This document shows, piece by piece, positions 1 to 9,410 of a stretch of 64,000 nt of DNA. The notes under the pieces were generated by a model, which saw only the letters and a program-made list of their open reading frames with translations, was not told where the DNA came from and searched no databases. Position 1 is the first letter of the stretch. Every line of letters begins with the position of its first letter. A program made the translations under genes and the position numbers. Location of the stretch: the IMG/VR virus record IMGVR_UViG_3300025647_003907. One strand, given 5' to 3'. Source of the DNA: an uncultured virus (IMG/VR IMGVR_UViG_3300025647_003907). Its lineage: Duplodnaviria > Heunggongvirae > Uroviricota > Caudoviricetes.

Positions 1-1
1 T

Positions 2-1684
2 TATAATGCTTTAGAAGAAGCCATTGGCGAAGCCGAAAGTTATGAGGCCAATTTATATTCAACTATAATTCAATATAACAATGGTCCAGAAATTGAAAGA
101 CAGGTTTCCGGGCAGTTCGGTAATGCTGGATCAAATTTCCAAGCCGGTGCTGTTCCAGCACAAGTCCCTTCATATCTTGACACAGCAGCGTCTGCTACCA
201 CTGCACAACAAAATTTATCTACGCCGCCGCCGGATCTTCCTGATTCGGCATTTGATGTTTTTGACGTTCCAGGAACATACAATTATTACACACAACCTGA
301 TGAAACGGATCAGTATATTCAACAAAGATATGAAGATGATCTGGCTGAACTTACCGCGGATGATTATGCTGCGAATCAACAAGCACGTATCGATGAATTA
401 TTAGCACAGCGTCAAGGAACTACACTTTATGATGACGAGTTTAGTCCTGCTAATGACCCTAATTTATGGTATGATGACAGTTTAGGTGAGTACGTACCGC
501 GAGATGACAGACCAGAAGATTGGCAAGCTCGCGACCAGAATGCGTTTGTATATAATGACGATTTGGGCGAATGGGTGCCGCGCGAAGATATGCCAGATAA
601 TTGGCAATACGGTGCTGACCCACAAGGCGGACCAGAATACGACGAATACGGATGTAGAGTTGGATTAGAAGTATATGATGATACAGATGGTGTTTGTGTA
701 CCAGTTGGACAACAATCAAATTATTTAGGCAACCCGTTGCCAGTCGACGAACGCGACGAAAATGGTTGCCTAATTGGATCAGAATATTACGATGACGAAA
801 CAATGGAATGTGTTCCAATTGGGACTACACCTAACTTGTACGACCCAGTAACAGTTGCAGCAGAACAAGCATATGCACAGCAGCGCAGTATCAAAGATGC
901 ACGCAAAACCATTAACCGAGGTGATTGGCGATTTAGAGTTAGACTCAGCCCGTTTGCAGACTATCTATATAATAGTTCTAGTCCAGGAATACTTTCACCA
1001 TTGCGTGACACCGATGGTGTTATTTTCCCGTACATGCCGTCGATTACGGTATCCAGTAACGCACGATATGCAAGTTATGATTTAACACACAGCAATTATC
1101 GCGGATACTTTTATTCTGGTAGTCATGTTGAAAACATTATTGTAAATGCAGAATTTACTGCGCAAGATACAGCAGAGGCAAATTATTTGCTTGCTACAAT
1201 GCACTTTTTTAAATCAGCAACTAAAATGTTTTATGGACAAGACCGAGAACGTGGAACACCGCCTCCGTTGTTATACATGACCGGACTTGGAGAGTATCAA
1301 TTTAACGAGCATCCTTGTGCGCTAACAGTATTCCAATACACGTTACCGGATAATGTCGATTATATTAAAACCACAAACTCAACTACTACCGGTGATCAAT
1401 ATCTAGGTAGAAATACATCGGGTGGTTATCAAGGATGGAGCAGTGCATTAAGTAGATTAATTACATCTGGGTTAGATAGCATATTTGGTAGTCCACAGGT
1501 ACTAAGTCCTATAAGCTCATCTATTAGCGGGCTAACTAAAGTTACCGGTGGTGACACATACGTTCCAACAAGAATTAATTTTAGCTTAACATTCTTGCCA
1601 ATTAATACACGTAACCAAATTAGCAAAGATTTTAGTTTACGTGATTTTGCAAATGGTAGTTTAATTAAGAAAGGTATTTGGTAA
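2..1684 (+). CDS. Baseplate/tail-tube cap or initiator-like structural protein (T4 gp48/gp54-like C-terminal domain); 5' end truncated by the window
   Basis: The frame is open from base 2 with no stop before the tracked start at 563. The N-terminal part is acidic and repetitive. The C-terminal domain (GVIFPYMPSI...YDLTHSNY...AEFTAQD...FFKSATKMFYGQD...PPPLL...VPTRINFSLT) resembles tube-fold baseplate proteins. It lies directly upstream of the gp53-like, hub and gp5-like genes. Confidence 0.6.
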   Translation, partial: YNALEEAIGEAESYEANLYSTIIQYNNGPEIERQVSGQFGNAGSNFQAGAVPAQVPSYLDTAASATTAQQNLSTPPPDLPDSAFDVFDVPGTYNYYTQPDETDQYIQQRYEDDLAELTADDYAANQQARIDELLAQRQGTTLYDDEFSPANDPNLWYDDSLGEYVPRDDRPEDWQARDQNAFVYNDDLGEWVPREDMPDNWQYGADPQGGPEYDEYGCRVGLEVYDDTDGVCVPVGQQSNYLGNPLPVDERDENGCLIGSEYYDDETMECVPIGTTPNLYDPVTVAAEQAYAQQRSIKDARKTINRGDWRFRVRLSPFADYLYNSSSPGILSPLRDTDGVIFPYMPSITVSSNARYASYDLTHSNYRGYFYSGSHVENIIVNAEFTAQDTAEANYLLATMHFFKSATKMFYGQDRERGTPPPLLYMTGLGEYQFNEHPCALTVFQYTLPDNVDYIKTTNSTTTGDQYLGRNTSGGYQGWSSALSRLITSGLDSIFGSPQVLSPISSSISGLTKVTGGDTYVPTRINFSLTFLPINTRNQISKDFSLRDFANGSLIKKGIW

Positions 1685-1983
1685 TGACAACATACACAGC
1701 AACAAGTCCTTATTACGAAACACGCAATAACGAGTTTTATCTGGATCTAATGGTAAACAGAAAAATACCTAAGAAAAGTGATGATAAATTGTTTATTGTT
1801 AATCAAGTATACAATTTGCGTCCGGATTTATTAGCACATGACTTGTATGGCAATAGTGAATTATGGTGGGTATTTGCACAACGTAACCCAAATACCTTGG
1901 TTGATCCTCTTTACGATTTTAGAGTTGGCACACAGATTTATTTGCCCTCGTTGGAAACACTTAGAGAAACGCTAGGATTCTAA
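1684..1983 (+). CDS. Baseplate wedge protein, T4 gp53-like / LysM-like
   Basis: Motif RPDLLAHDLYGNSELWWVFAQRN...GTQIYLP is typical of gp53/LysM wedge subunits. ATG at 1684 overlaps the upstream TAA (TAATG), which is a more likely start than 1678. Confidence 0.75.
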   Translation: MTTYTATSPYYETRNNEFYLDLMVNRKIPKKSDDKLFIVNQVYNLRPDLLAHDLYGNSELWWVFAQRNPNTLVDPLYDFRVGTQIYLPSLETLRETLGF

Positions 1984-1984
1984 C

Positions 1985-4900
1985 GTGGCAAATATTACCA
2001 TAACAGGTGCCGGTAACGTTGATAGTAAAAACTTTTACGTTGATCCAAACGGTGACTTATATTACAATGTTTTATTTGAAAATCTTCCAACTAAGGCTGG
2101 AGATTTTACCACCGCTGGACGCCCCCTTGAAGCAAAGCGTTGGCCATCTGGTGAAACTGTTGTAAATTTAAACGGATTTAATTTTTCAAGATCGAATTAT
2201 AATCCGTTAACCGGTGCTACACCAGCATCGTCAAATGCAGTTGGCAATGTAAATACGCCTGCAACAGTAACAACTCGCCCAACTGGTGTATTGCCTCCGC
2301 CAGCAAATACCGCAGTTCCAGGGTTACCAGAAAATGCAAATACGTATAATTTTACTGGTGAAACTGTAGATGCAATTTCACCAGAACCGGCGCCTAGCTA
2401 TAATGCTAATGCAGCACTATCTAGTTTTAGTACGGGTCCGGCACCAGTGTCTGTTGCAATGCCCGGAAGTACAATCAATGCAAATTATGATTCTAATCCT
2501 GCGCTAGGCAATGTTAATGTACAACCAGACGCAGCAAAACCAGTGTTTGCACCAACACGTGCCGTAGAGTTTAATCCTACTACTGGCGGCATTGAAGTTA
2601 GCCCTGCATCTCAGGTTAGATTAGCTGCAGACGGAACATTACGAATTACTCCAGATACTGCAACGGAAGTACATCTAGGCACAGGTGTTCAACAAGCAGC
2701 AAACGGTGATTACATCGTAGGACCTAGCGGCATTGCAGTGTTGCCACCAAACACAGAAGTTGTTATGGAACCGGGCACAAGTGCTGCACTGATGCCATTT
2801 ACCGCAGGAAATACAGAAACGATTGTGCTGGAAGCAGAAGATCCTGCGTTTGATGTTTTTAATGTGCCTCCTGCTGTAAGTACAGGTGAAATGTTATCAG
2901 ACGGGTCTGCAGAATATTTAGGCAACCCTACAAATGCAACAGTTGACACCGATGGTTTAATCACAGATGGCAGAATTCAAGGTGGAGCAACAAATGCGCA
3001 ACCCGCAGACATTGACCAACTTGCACTAGCTGAAGATGCAGCATTGCCTGGTAATGGACTTGGCACAGGATCAGGAAATTTACAAACTGGTATTGGAGCA
3101 GAAGTATATGCTCCTAATAAAGAAGAACCGGTTGCTCCTGAAGCAGCTACAATATCAGATCCAAACATAGCACGTGGGTCTGATGGTGCGAGTCCAATAC
3201 CAAAAGAATTTTTAGAAAAAATTGTAGCAAAACCAAATCCGTTTAAAGGATTTGCTACAATGACATATGCAGTTAGTCTTTATATGCTAGATAAGCCAGC
3301 AACGGAACGTATTTTTAATCAAGGTATTAAAAGTGTAGCTGGATTACCTTTATTAATACAAAGTGGTGGTGCAGCAGCATCCGGAACACCAGGAACATTC
3401 GGAGCAGTTAGAGATGAAAACTTTCATTTAGATTTTTACCTTGACGATATTGAAATTAAAGGATTAATTTCTGGCACATCAACACAATCTGTAAGTAACT
3501 CTTTTGAAATAAGTTTTACTGTTAAAGAACCAAACGGATTGACATTCTTGGATAGTTTACATAAAGCCGTAAAGGATTATCATATTAGAAAAGGTTACCC
3601 TTCTGATAAAATTAATTATGCAGCACAAAATTATTTAATGGTTATTCGTTTTTATGGTTATGACGAATACGGTAATATAGTTGATGGATCAAAAGTAGAA
3701 CCAACATCTGATGCACGTGCTTTTAGTGAAAAATTTATTCCGTTTATTTTTACTGGCATTACATTTTCAATGACGGCAGAAATGATCAAATACCGTTGTG
3801 CATGCGCAGCTATTCAGAGTTTTTATTCTCAAGCCGGTACACACGGTGCATTACCATTTAATATTGAATTGCAAGGTGGTACTGTTGCAAGTATTTTAGG
3901 GATTGGCGGCGCAGGCGAAGGATATGCAGATGACGAATTTAATCCTCGATTAGAAAATAATACTATAGACACTAAAAATAACGTAACCATTTATACTGGA
4001 TTAGCAAATGCATTAAATGTTGAGAGTGAGCGTGCATACGGAAAAGAATTTGCAAACCGTTACATTATTGAAGTTGAAGAAGGCTCAGAAATCGATACTA
4101 AAAAAGTTGTAGTAGATCTAAATGTTGATAAAAATCAATCTGCTATGCCTTCAGATAAGGCCAATCCAACTGCACCAAACACCGATAGAGTTGACAAGAC
4201 ACAAGGACGTAAGAGTTTACCAGCCGGTACAAGTATTATTCAAGCAATTGAACTAGTTGTTCGAGAAAGTGAATTTGTAAAAGCACAACAGAATATTATT
4301 GTTGATAAACGCACAGGCAAACCTGTTGTTAAAGAAGGTGCAAGCAAAGTATTCCAGTGGTTTAAAGTTGTAAGTACAGTAACACCGCGTTCTGATAAAA
4401 TTAATCCACAAACAATGGATTATGCTTATACAATTAAGTACACAATTAAGCGATATGGTGTTAGTGATGTTAAAAGTCCGTATTTTCCGGGTGCATACTA
4501 TAGAGGAGTACATAAACGTTATCCTTATTGGTTTACTGGAGAAAATACGGAAATCATTGACTTTAGACAAGACTTCAATTACTTGTATTATCAACAGTTT
4601 GGTCCCGAAGGGTTAACAAATCCTACTGAAATTAACACCATTCATGTAACTAGAAATTTTTATATGCCTCGTTCCAACGAAGCAAATTTAGGTGGCGTTA
4701 ATCGGTCAAGCGAAGCAACTTCTAGTGTGGCAAGTGTTTTGTATAGCCCTGCAGATATGGCAATGGCAGAACTTACTGTTGTTGGTGATCCAGACTGGAT
4801 CGCTCAAAGTGAGATATTTTATTCTCCAAAAGTAAGCAAACAAAAAGTCGGAAATGCACCGTTTTTACCAGACGGTAGTGTGAACTATGATGCGTCAGAA

Positions 4901-5956
4901 GTGTACTTTTCTGTAGAATACAACACACCGGCAGATTATCAAGACACTGGGTTGCAAAACATTGGATATAATAATCCTAATAAAGGTGTAGTTGACATCT
5001 CAGGAGCAACAGATACAGTTGTTCTAGCATATCGTGCAAACGAAATCACAACGATGTTACAAAACGGGTTATTCACACAAAATCTTAAAGGCACACTAAT
5101 GACCTGGCGAGATGATAAAGATGCCGAACGATTAGCAGATGGATCTATTGCATTAACTGTTGATTCTAACAATAGAACACCACAAAATACGCAGACATTG
5201 GACGAAGTTGATATTGACTTATTAGACCAAACTGCTGAAACATATGGTATCACAGTAGGCGGCGATCAAGCAGCAGAATTAGCTAGACAGGAACGTGAGT
5301 TCTATGAAGAAGATTCAGATGCTAGTGTGGTTAATACACAACCGATAACATCAGCAAGTGGTGACATTACAGATGTCGAATTTGAACAAGCATTTGACGA
5401 ACAAGAATTAATGTTAATGCCAACTAATAGCTTAGAGGTTCCGTTAACGCCAACTGCAACATCAAATCCGCCTACACCGCAACCTACTGCACCGGCTGAT
5501 CCTGCACGAGATGTTGTAGTAAACGGAACAACACAACCACAAGCAGAGCCTGAGTTTGAAAATCCAGTGCCACCACCACCACCAGCCGCTCCAGAACCTG
5601 TTAACAATACCGCAGGAGCACAGTCTGATGGACAAGGAAACTTTGTTTATAACGGTGTAGAATTTAGTGCAAACACCCAGACAGCATACGATAATTACAT
5701 TAAATCAATTGACAGTAATCGCCCAAGTATTGTTGAAGATTATGATCCGTTCTATGGTACCAAGGTGCAACGTAGAGTATCGGTTGCACGTAGCGGAGCA
5801 GTGGTAGATAAGATATTGGGTGCTTATGATATTAATGGAGATTTTCTTTCATTCCCGCCGGGCAATCAACCAGAAAATAATAAACGATTGCTTGATGCTC
5901 AAAATCGTAAAATTGAAATGGATAGAAACACAGACCCATTTTTTAGAGGATTATAA
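1985..5956 (+). CDS. Baseplate hub-like structural protein (1323 aa) with long Pro/Ala/Thr-rich low-complexity termini
   Basis: Sits between the gp53-like and gp5-like genes. The globular core contains ISFTVKEPNG and ELTVVGDPDWI, and the late GDP motif resembles gp27/gpD-type hubs. GTG start. Confidence 0.55.
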   Translation: MANITITGAGNVDSKNFYVDPNGDLYYNVLFENLPTKAGDFTTAGRPLEAKRWPSGETVVNLNGFNFSRSNYNPLTGATPASSNAVGNVNTPATVTTRPTGVLPPPANTAVPGLPENANTYNFTGETVDAISPEPAPSYNANAALSSFSTGPAPVSVAMPGSTINANYDSNPALGNVNVQPDAAKPVFAPTRAVEFNPTTGGIEVSPASQVRLAADGTLRITPDTATEVHLGTGVQQAANGDYIVGPSGIAVLPPNTEVVMEPGTSAALMPFTAGNTETIVLEAEDPAFDVFNVPPAVSTGEMLSDGSAEYLGNPTNATVDTDGLITDGRIQGGATNAQPADIDQLALAEDAALPGNGLGTGSGNLQTGIGAEVYAPNKEEPVAPEAATISDPNIARGSDGASPIPKEFLEKIVAKPNPFKGFATMTYAVSLYMLDKPATERIFNQGIKSVAGLPLLIQSGGAAASGTPGTFGAVRDENFHLDFYLDDIEIKGLISGTSTQSVSNSFEISFTVKEPNGLTFLDSLHKAVKDYHIRKGYPSDKINYAAQNYLMVIRFYGYDEYGNIVDGSKVEPTSDARAFSEKFIPFIFTGITFSMTAEMIKYRCACAAIQSFYSQAGTHGALPFNIELQGGTVASILGIGGAGEGYADDEFNPRLENNTIDTKNNVTIYTGLANALNVESERAYGKEFANRYIIEVEEGSEIDTKKVVVDLNVDKNQSAMPSDKANPTAPNTDRVDKTQGRKSLPAGTSIIQAIELVVRESEFVKAQQNIIVDKRTGKPVVKEGASKVFQWFKVVSTVTPRSDKINPQTMDYAYTIKYTIKRYGVSDVKSPYFPGAYYRGVHKRYPYWFTGENTEIIDFRQDFNYLYYQQFGPEGLTNPTEINTIHVTRNFYMPRSNEANLGGVNRSSEATSSVASVLYSPADMAMAELTVVGDPDWIAQSEIFYSPKVSKQKVGNAPFLPDGSVNYDASEVYFSVEYNTPADYQDTGLQNIGYNNPNKGVVDISGATDTVVLAYRANEITTMLQNGLFTQNLKGTLMTWRDDKDAERLADGSIALTVDSNNRTPQNTQTLDEVDIDLLDQTAETYGITVGGDQAAELARQEREFYEEDSDASVVNTQPITSASGDITDVEFEQAFDEQELMLMPTNSLEVPLTPTATSNPPTPQPTAPADPARDVVVNGTTQPQAEPEFENPVPPPPPAAPEPVNNTAGAQSDGQGNFVYNGVEFSANTQTAYDNYIKSIDSNRPSIVEDYDPFYGTKVQRRVSVARSGAVVDKILGAYDINGDFLSFPPGNQPENNKRLLDAQNRKIEMDRNTDPFFRGL

Positions 5957-5966
5957 TAGGTAAGAC

Positions 5967-7493
5967 ATGGCAGAGAACATACAACGTACAAGAGGACGCC
6001 CTAGTAACTACAAAGTAGAACGTGGTGGATTCCCTAGTGATCCAGGTCCGTTTATTGGCGAAGTAATGAACAATAGAGATCCGGCACGTATCGGACGTAT
6101 ACAAGTATACATTCCAGAGTTAGGCGGGCAGGATAAAGAAGATTCGTCAAGTTGGCGCACAGTGCGTTATATGAGTCCATTTTTTGGCAATACTCCGCAT
6201 GCTGGATCAACAGATGGGTTCGGAAAAGGCAATGGCGATGGAAACCCAAACTCCTACGGTATGTGGTTTACTGTTCCTGACATGGGTGTAAAAGTAATGT
6301 GTATGTTTGTGCAAGGCGATCCTAACCAAGGGTATTACTTTGGTTGTATTCCTGATCCAGATCTAATGCACATGGTTCCTGCTGTTGGCGCAAGCTCTAC
6401 GTTTGTAACTGATAACGACGAACAAGCACAGCGTTTTGCTGGCGCTACTCGATTACCGGTTGCGGAAATGAATGTAGAAAACCCACAGGTTAGAGAAAAC
6501 TCTCAAGCATTTGCTGCACCAAGACCGGTTCATGCTGTAACCGCAGCGACTATGTATCAGCAAGGTGTAATTAATGATCGTGTTCGAGGTCCGATTGGTT
6601 CTACGGCATATAGAGAATCTCCTAGTAATGTGTTTGGTATATTAACACCCGGTCGCCCAATTTATAAGTCTGGTATTACCGAATATAATATTAAACAAAG
6701 TTTTGCAAGTGGTGGTGTTACACAAGACGACTTAGAAGTTGTTGGACGCAAAGGCGGGCATTCATTTATTATGGATGACGGTGATATTACCGGCAACGAT
6801 AATTTAGTGCGTATTCGCACAGCTAAAGGACATCAAATTACACTAAGCGATGATGGTAATTGCTTGCACATCATGCATGCCAATGGACAGTCCTGGGTTG
6901 AACTAGGCAAAGAAGGTACAGTTGATATGTATGCCGCTAACTCAATTAATTTACGTTCACAAGGCGACGTAAACATTCACGCAGATCAAAGTTTGAATTT
7001 ATACGGTGGTGTAACAGCAAGTTTACACGGAAAGAAAGCAGCGTTTGTTGAAGGTGAGGAAATACTAAGTTTAATTGGTGAAAAAGCAGTTAACATGTAC
7101 AGCACTAAATCTATTAGTGTTAAAAGCGATGGCATGTTAGCACTCAAAGGCGAAACCGCTGCAAGTATCAGTGCCACAGGACCAACTAGTGTTAAGGGTG
7201 CATTGGTATTATTAAATACTGGTCCTGCACTTCCAGCTTCGCCCGGTATTTACGGTACAAGAACACAATTGCCAGATGTAACACACGGAAGCACAGGTTG
7301 GGCAAGTGCCGAAGGCACACTAGAAAGTATTGTAACACGTGCCCCAACACATGAACCATACGTTCATCATAATAAAGGCGTTGCAACAAACGTTACATTT
7401 GATGCTGGCGACGGTGCAAGTATTGCAGCTAGTGAAGAAGTTGTTGCTAAGATGAATTCGCTTAGTGAAGATATTCCTGTGAGAAATGAATAA
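5967..7493 (+). CDS. Baseplate central spike, gp5/VgrG-like (OB fold plus beta-helix, no T4-type lysozyme domain)
   Basis: DPARIGRIQVYIPELG...YGMWFTVPDMGVKVMCMFVQGDPNQGYYFGC matches the gp5/Vgr OB fold. RTAKGHQITLSD is followed by short beta-strand repeats. Confidence 0.85.
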   Translation: MAENIQRTRGRPSNYKVERGGFPSDPGPFIGEVMNNRDPARIGRIQVYIPELGGQDKEDSSSWRTVRYMSPFFGNTPHAGSTDGFGKGNGDGNPNSYGMWFTVPDMGVKVMCMFVQGDPNQGYYFGCIPDPDLMHMVPAVGASSTFVTDNDEQAQRFAGATRLPVAEMNVENPQVRENSQAFAAPRPVHAVTAATMYQQGVINDRVRGPIGSTAYRESPSNVFGILTPGRPIYKSGITEYNIKQSFASGGVTQDDLEVVGRKGGHSFIMDDGDITGNDNLVRIRTAKGHQITLSDDGNCLHIMHANGQSWVELGKEGTVDMYAANSINLRSQGDVNIHADQSLNLYGGVTASLHGKKAAFVEGEEILSLIGEKAVNMYSTKSISVKSDGMLALKGETAASISATGPTSVKGALVLLNTGPALPASPGIYGTRTQLPDVTHGSTGWASAEGTLESIVTRAPTHEPYVHHNKGVATNVTFDAGDGASIAASEEVVAKMNSLSEDIPVRNE

Positions 7494-8974
7494 TGGCAAT
7501 TCTTGGTGTAGATATCAGTGATCTAGCATCGCAAACCAGGGTTACAGAAACACTTGGGTCTATTGACCCAACACAATTTGGAACAGTACTAGCACAGCAA
7601 TCAAAAACAGTTGCAAGTGCTAACAGTCTTTCCGTTGATGAAATGACTAATAGGATTGTTTCGCAAACTGGATCTACTGCTGAGAGTATTTTAGGTGCAG
7701 GTGTAGGCAAGTATGGCATCACAGCGCAAGCACTTGAAACAAACAATTATATTAAACCCGGTACAGTTGAACGCTTTTTAGACGATCCTGCACAACTAGA
7801 AACAGTATTAAGCAGTCCAACAGTATGGACTGGTAAGGAAGGCATTACTGCGGCTGAGTCACTGTTAGGCAATGGACCATTACAAAGTGTAGTACAAACA
7901 GATATAATGAGTAACGCACTATCTGGACTTAAATCTACCGGAACCATTACTGGATTTGAAGATGCGGATATTGTAGCAGGTGTAACAAATGTAGCATCAA
8001 AATTTGGTGTAGGTGCTACTAATGATTGGATTGGTGGAAACATACCAGGTCCTCTAGAAGGTGCAGCAATGGATTTAACAGGGCGCGGCGGTCAATATGC
8101 TATTGATTTTGTAGATAATAAACTTTTACCCGAGCTAGGTGGAAGTTCAGTAATCAGTAATGGCATTAATGGAATTGTTGGTGGTGCTGGAGACATTTTG
8201 GGAAATGTTACCAGCGGCATTGGTGAATTTGCAGGCGGCATTGGTGATACACTAGGACTAGGTGATATAAGTTTTGGTGATGTTGGGTTTGGAGATTTAA
8301 CTGGCAGTCTTGGAGACTTTGCCGGAGGCTTTGGTAGCGCACTAGGGCAGTTTGGTACAGACCTAGGAAGTTTTATCAATGGTGGCGCTGGAGAATTGTT
8401 AGGACAAATTACCGGAGGATTCGCTGACTTGGGCGGAGAAATTTTTGGTGATATAACCGGAAGTATATCGGGCAGTCTAGGAGACTTAGCAGGCAGCATT
8501 GGCGGCATTAGTGCTATCAGTGATGTTGCTGGAAATTTAATTGGTGGAGTTAGTGGAGCACTTGGTGGTGCATTAAGCGGAGTATTAAGTGGTTTTGCTG
8601 GCAACTTACTTGGCGGATTATTTGGCGGCGGTGGCGGTAGTGGACCAGTAACAATCACTCCGCCGGCAGTAACACAAACTGTTAATCGTGCAGGTATTGA
8701 TGCTACAGTTACAAGATTAATTGGGAATTCTAAAATTGCTCCTCCAAATTACACAGGCATTGTGCAGGCAAGTAATTTTCAATTACCATCGCTCAGCGGT
8801 TTAACAGATACATTTAATAATGTAGTTTCTGGCGATCAATCTGTTGAAGTGTGTTCGTGTTCAGACCCAACATTAATTGGACCAACACAAGCCGAATGCG
8901 AGGCTGCTGGTGGCAAATGGGTTTGTTATACAGTAAATAATAAAGGAACCGGAGCAACCGGTACATGGGTTTAA
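7493..8974 (+). CDS. Virion protein with a possible degenerate lysozyme-like N-domain, Gly-rich amphipathic repeats and a Cys-rich C-terminus
   Basis: Coupled to the gp5-like gene by TAATG. Contains GKYG...NYIKPG...WTGKEGI, about 170 aa of G-x-x-G repeats, and a terminal CSC...TQAECEAAGGKWVC. Confidence 0.45.
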   Translation: MAILGVDISDLASQTRVTETLGSIDPTQFGTVLAQQSKTVASANSLSVDEMTNRIVSQTGSTAESILGAGVGKYGITAQALETNNYIKPGTVERFLDDPAQLETVLSSPTVWTGKEGITAAESLLGNGPLQSVVQTDIMSNALSGLKSTGTITGFEDADIVAGVTNVASKFGVGATNDWIGGNIPGPLEGAAMDLTGRGGQYAIDFVDNKLLPELGGSSVISNGINGIVGGAGDILGNVTSGIGEFAGGIGDTLGLGDISFGDVGFGDLTGSLGDFAGGFGSALGQFGTDLGSFINGGAGELLGQITGGFADLGGEIFGDITGSISGSLGDLAGSIGGISAISDVAGNLIGGVSGALGGALSGVLSGFAGNLLGGLFGGGGGSGPVTITPPAVTQTVNRAGIDATVTRLIGNSKIAPPNYTGIVQASNFQLPSLSGLTDTFNNVVSGDQSVEVCSCSDPTLIGPTQAECEAAGGKWVCYTVNNKGTGATGTWV

Positions 8975-8978
8975 ACAT

Positions 8979-9353
8979 ATGGCACGTTTTAAAGGTTTTA
9001 GTACAATAAATCAATATAAAAAGTTTACATTAACCGATAATGAGTTAATCAAACGCGATTTATTAAATGCACTTACAATTCGAGAAGGAGAGCTACCCGG
9101 ACGCCCGTCGTTTGGAACACGTCTCTGGAATTTTATTTTTGAACCAAACACGCCCGATATTGTGCGGCAGATTACCGCAGAACTAGAACGTACAACAACC
9201 TACGACCCAAGAATTCGTATCAATGATGTAATTGTTACAACCGACCCAAACGGAGTCATTCTAGAACTTGTGGTAACTTTTGTTCCGGGATTAAATCCAG
9301 AGGTACTTCAAATTAAATTTGACGAAGAATCTCAAACAGCATCATTTGTATAA
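8979..9353 (+). CDS. Baseplate wedge / sheath initiator, T4 gp25-like (GPW/gp25 family)
   Basis: LIKRDLLNALTIREGELPGRPSFGTRLWNFIFEP...YDPRI; the 124-aa size and gene position are canonical. Confidence 0.9.
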   Translation: MARFKGFSTINQYKKFTLTDNELIKRDLLNALTIREGELPGRPSFGTRLWNFIFEPNTPDIVRQITAELERTTTYDPRIRINDVIVTTDPNGVILELVVTFVPGLNPEVLQIKFDEESQTASFV

Positions 9354-9373
9354 ACTACGCCGTTTATAACTTC

Positions 9374-9381
9374 CATAAATA
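9374..9381 (+). promoter_or_regulatory. Putative T4-like late promoter (CATAAATA)
   Basis: One mismatch to TATAAATA, in the intergenic gap about 30 nt upstream of the gp6-like ATG. Confidence 0.55.
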
Positions 9382-9410
9382 ATACGATTATAAAGTAAGA
9401 GTATTATAAC

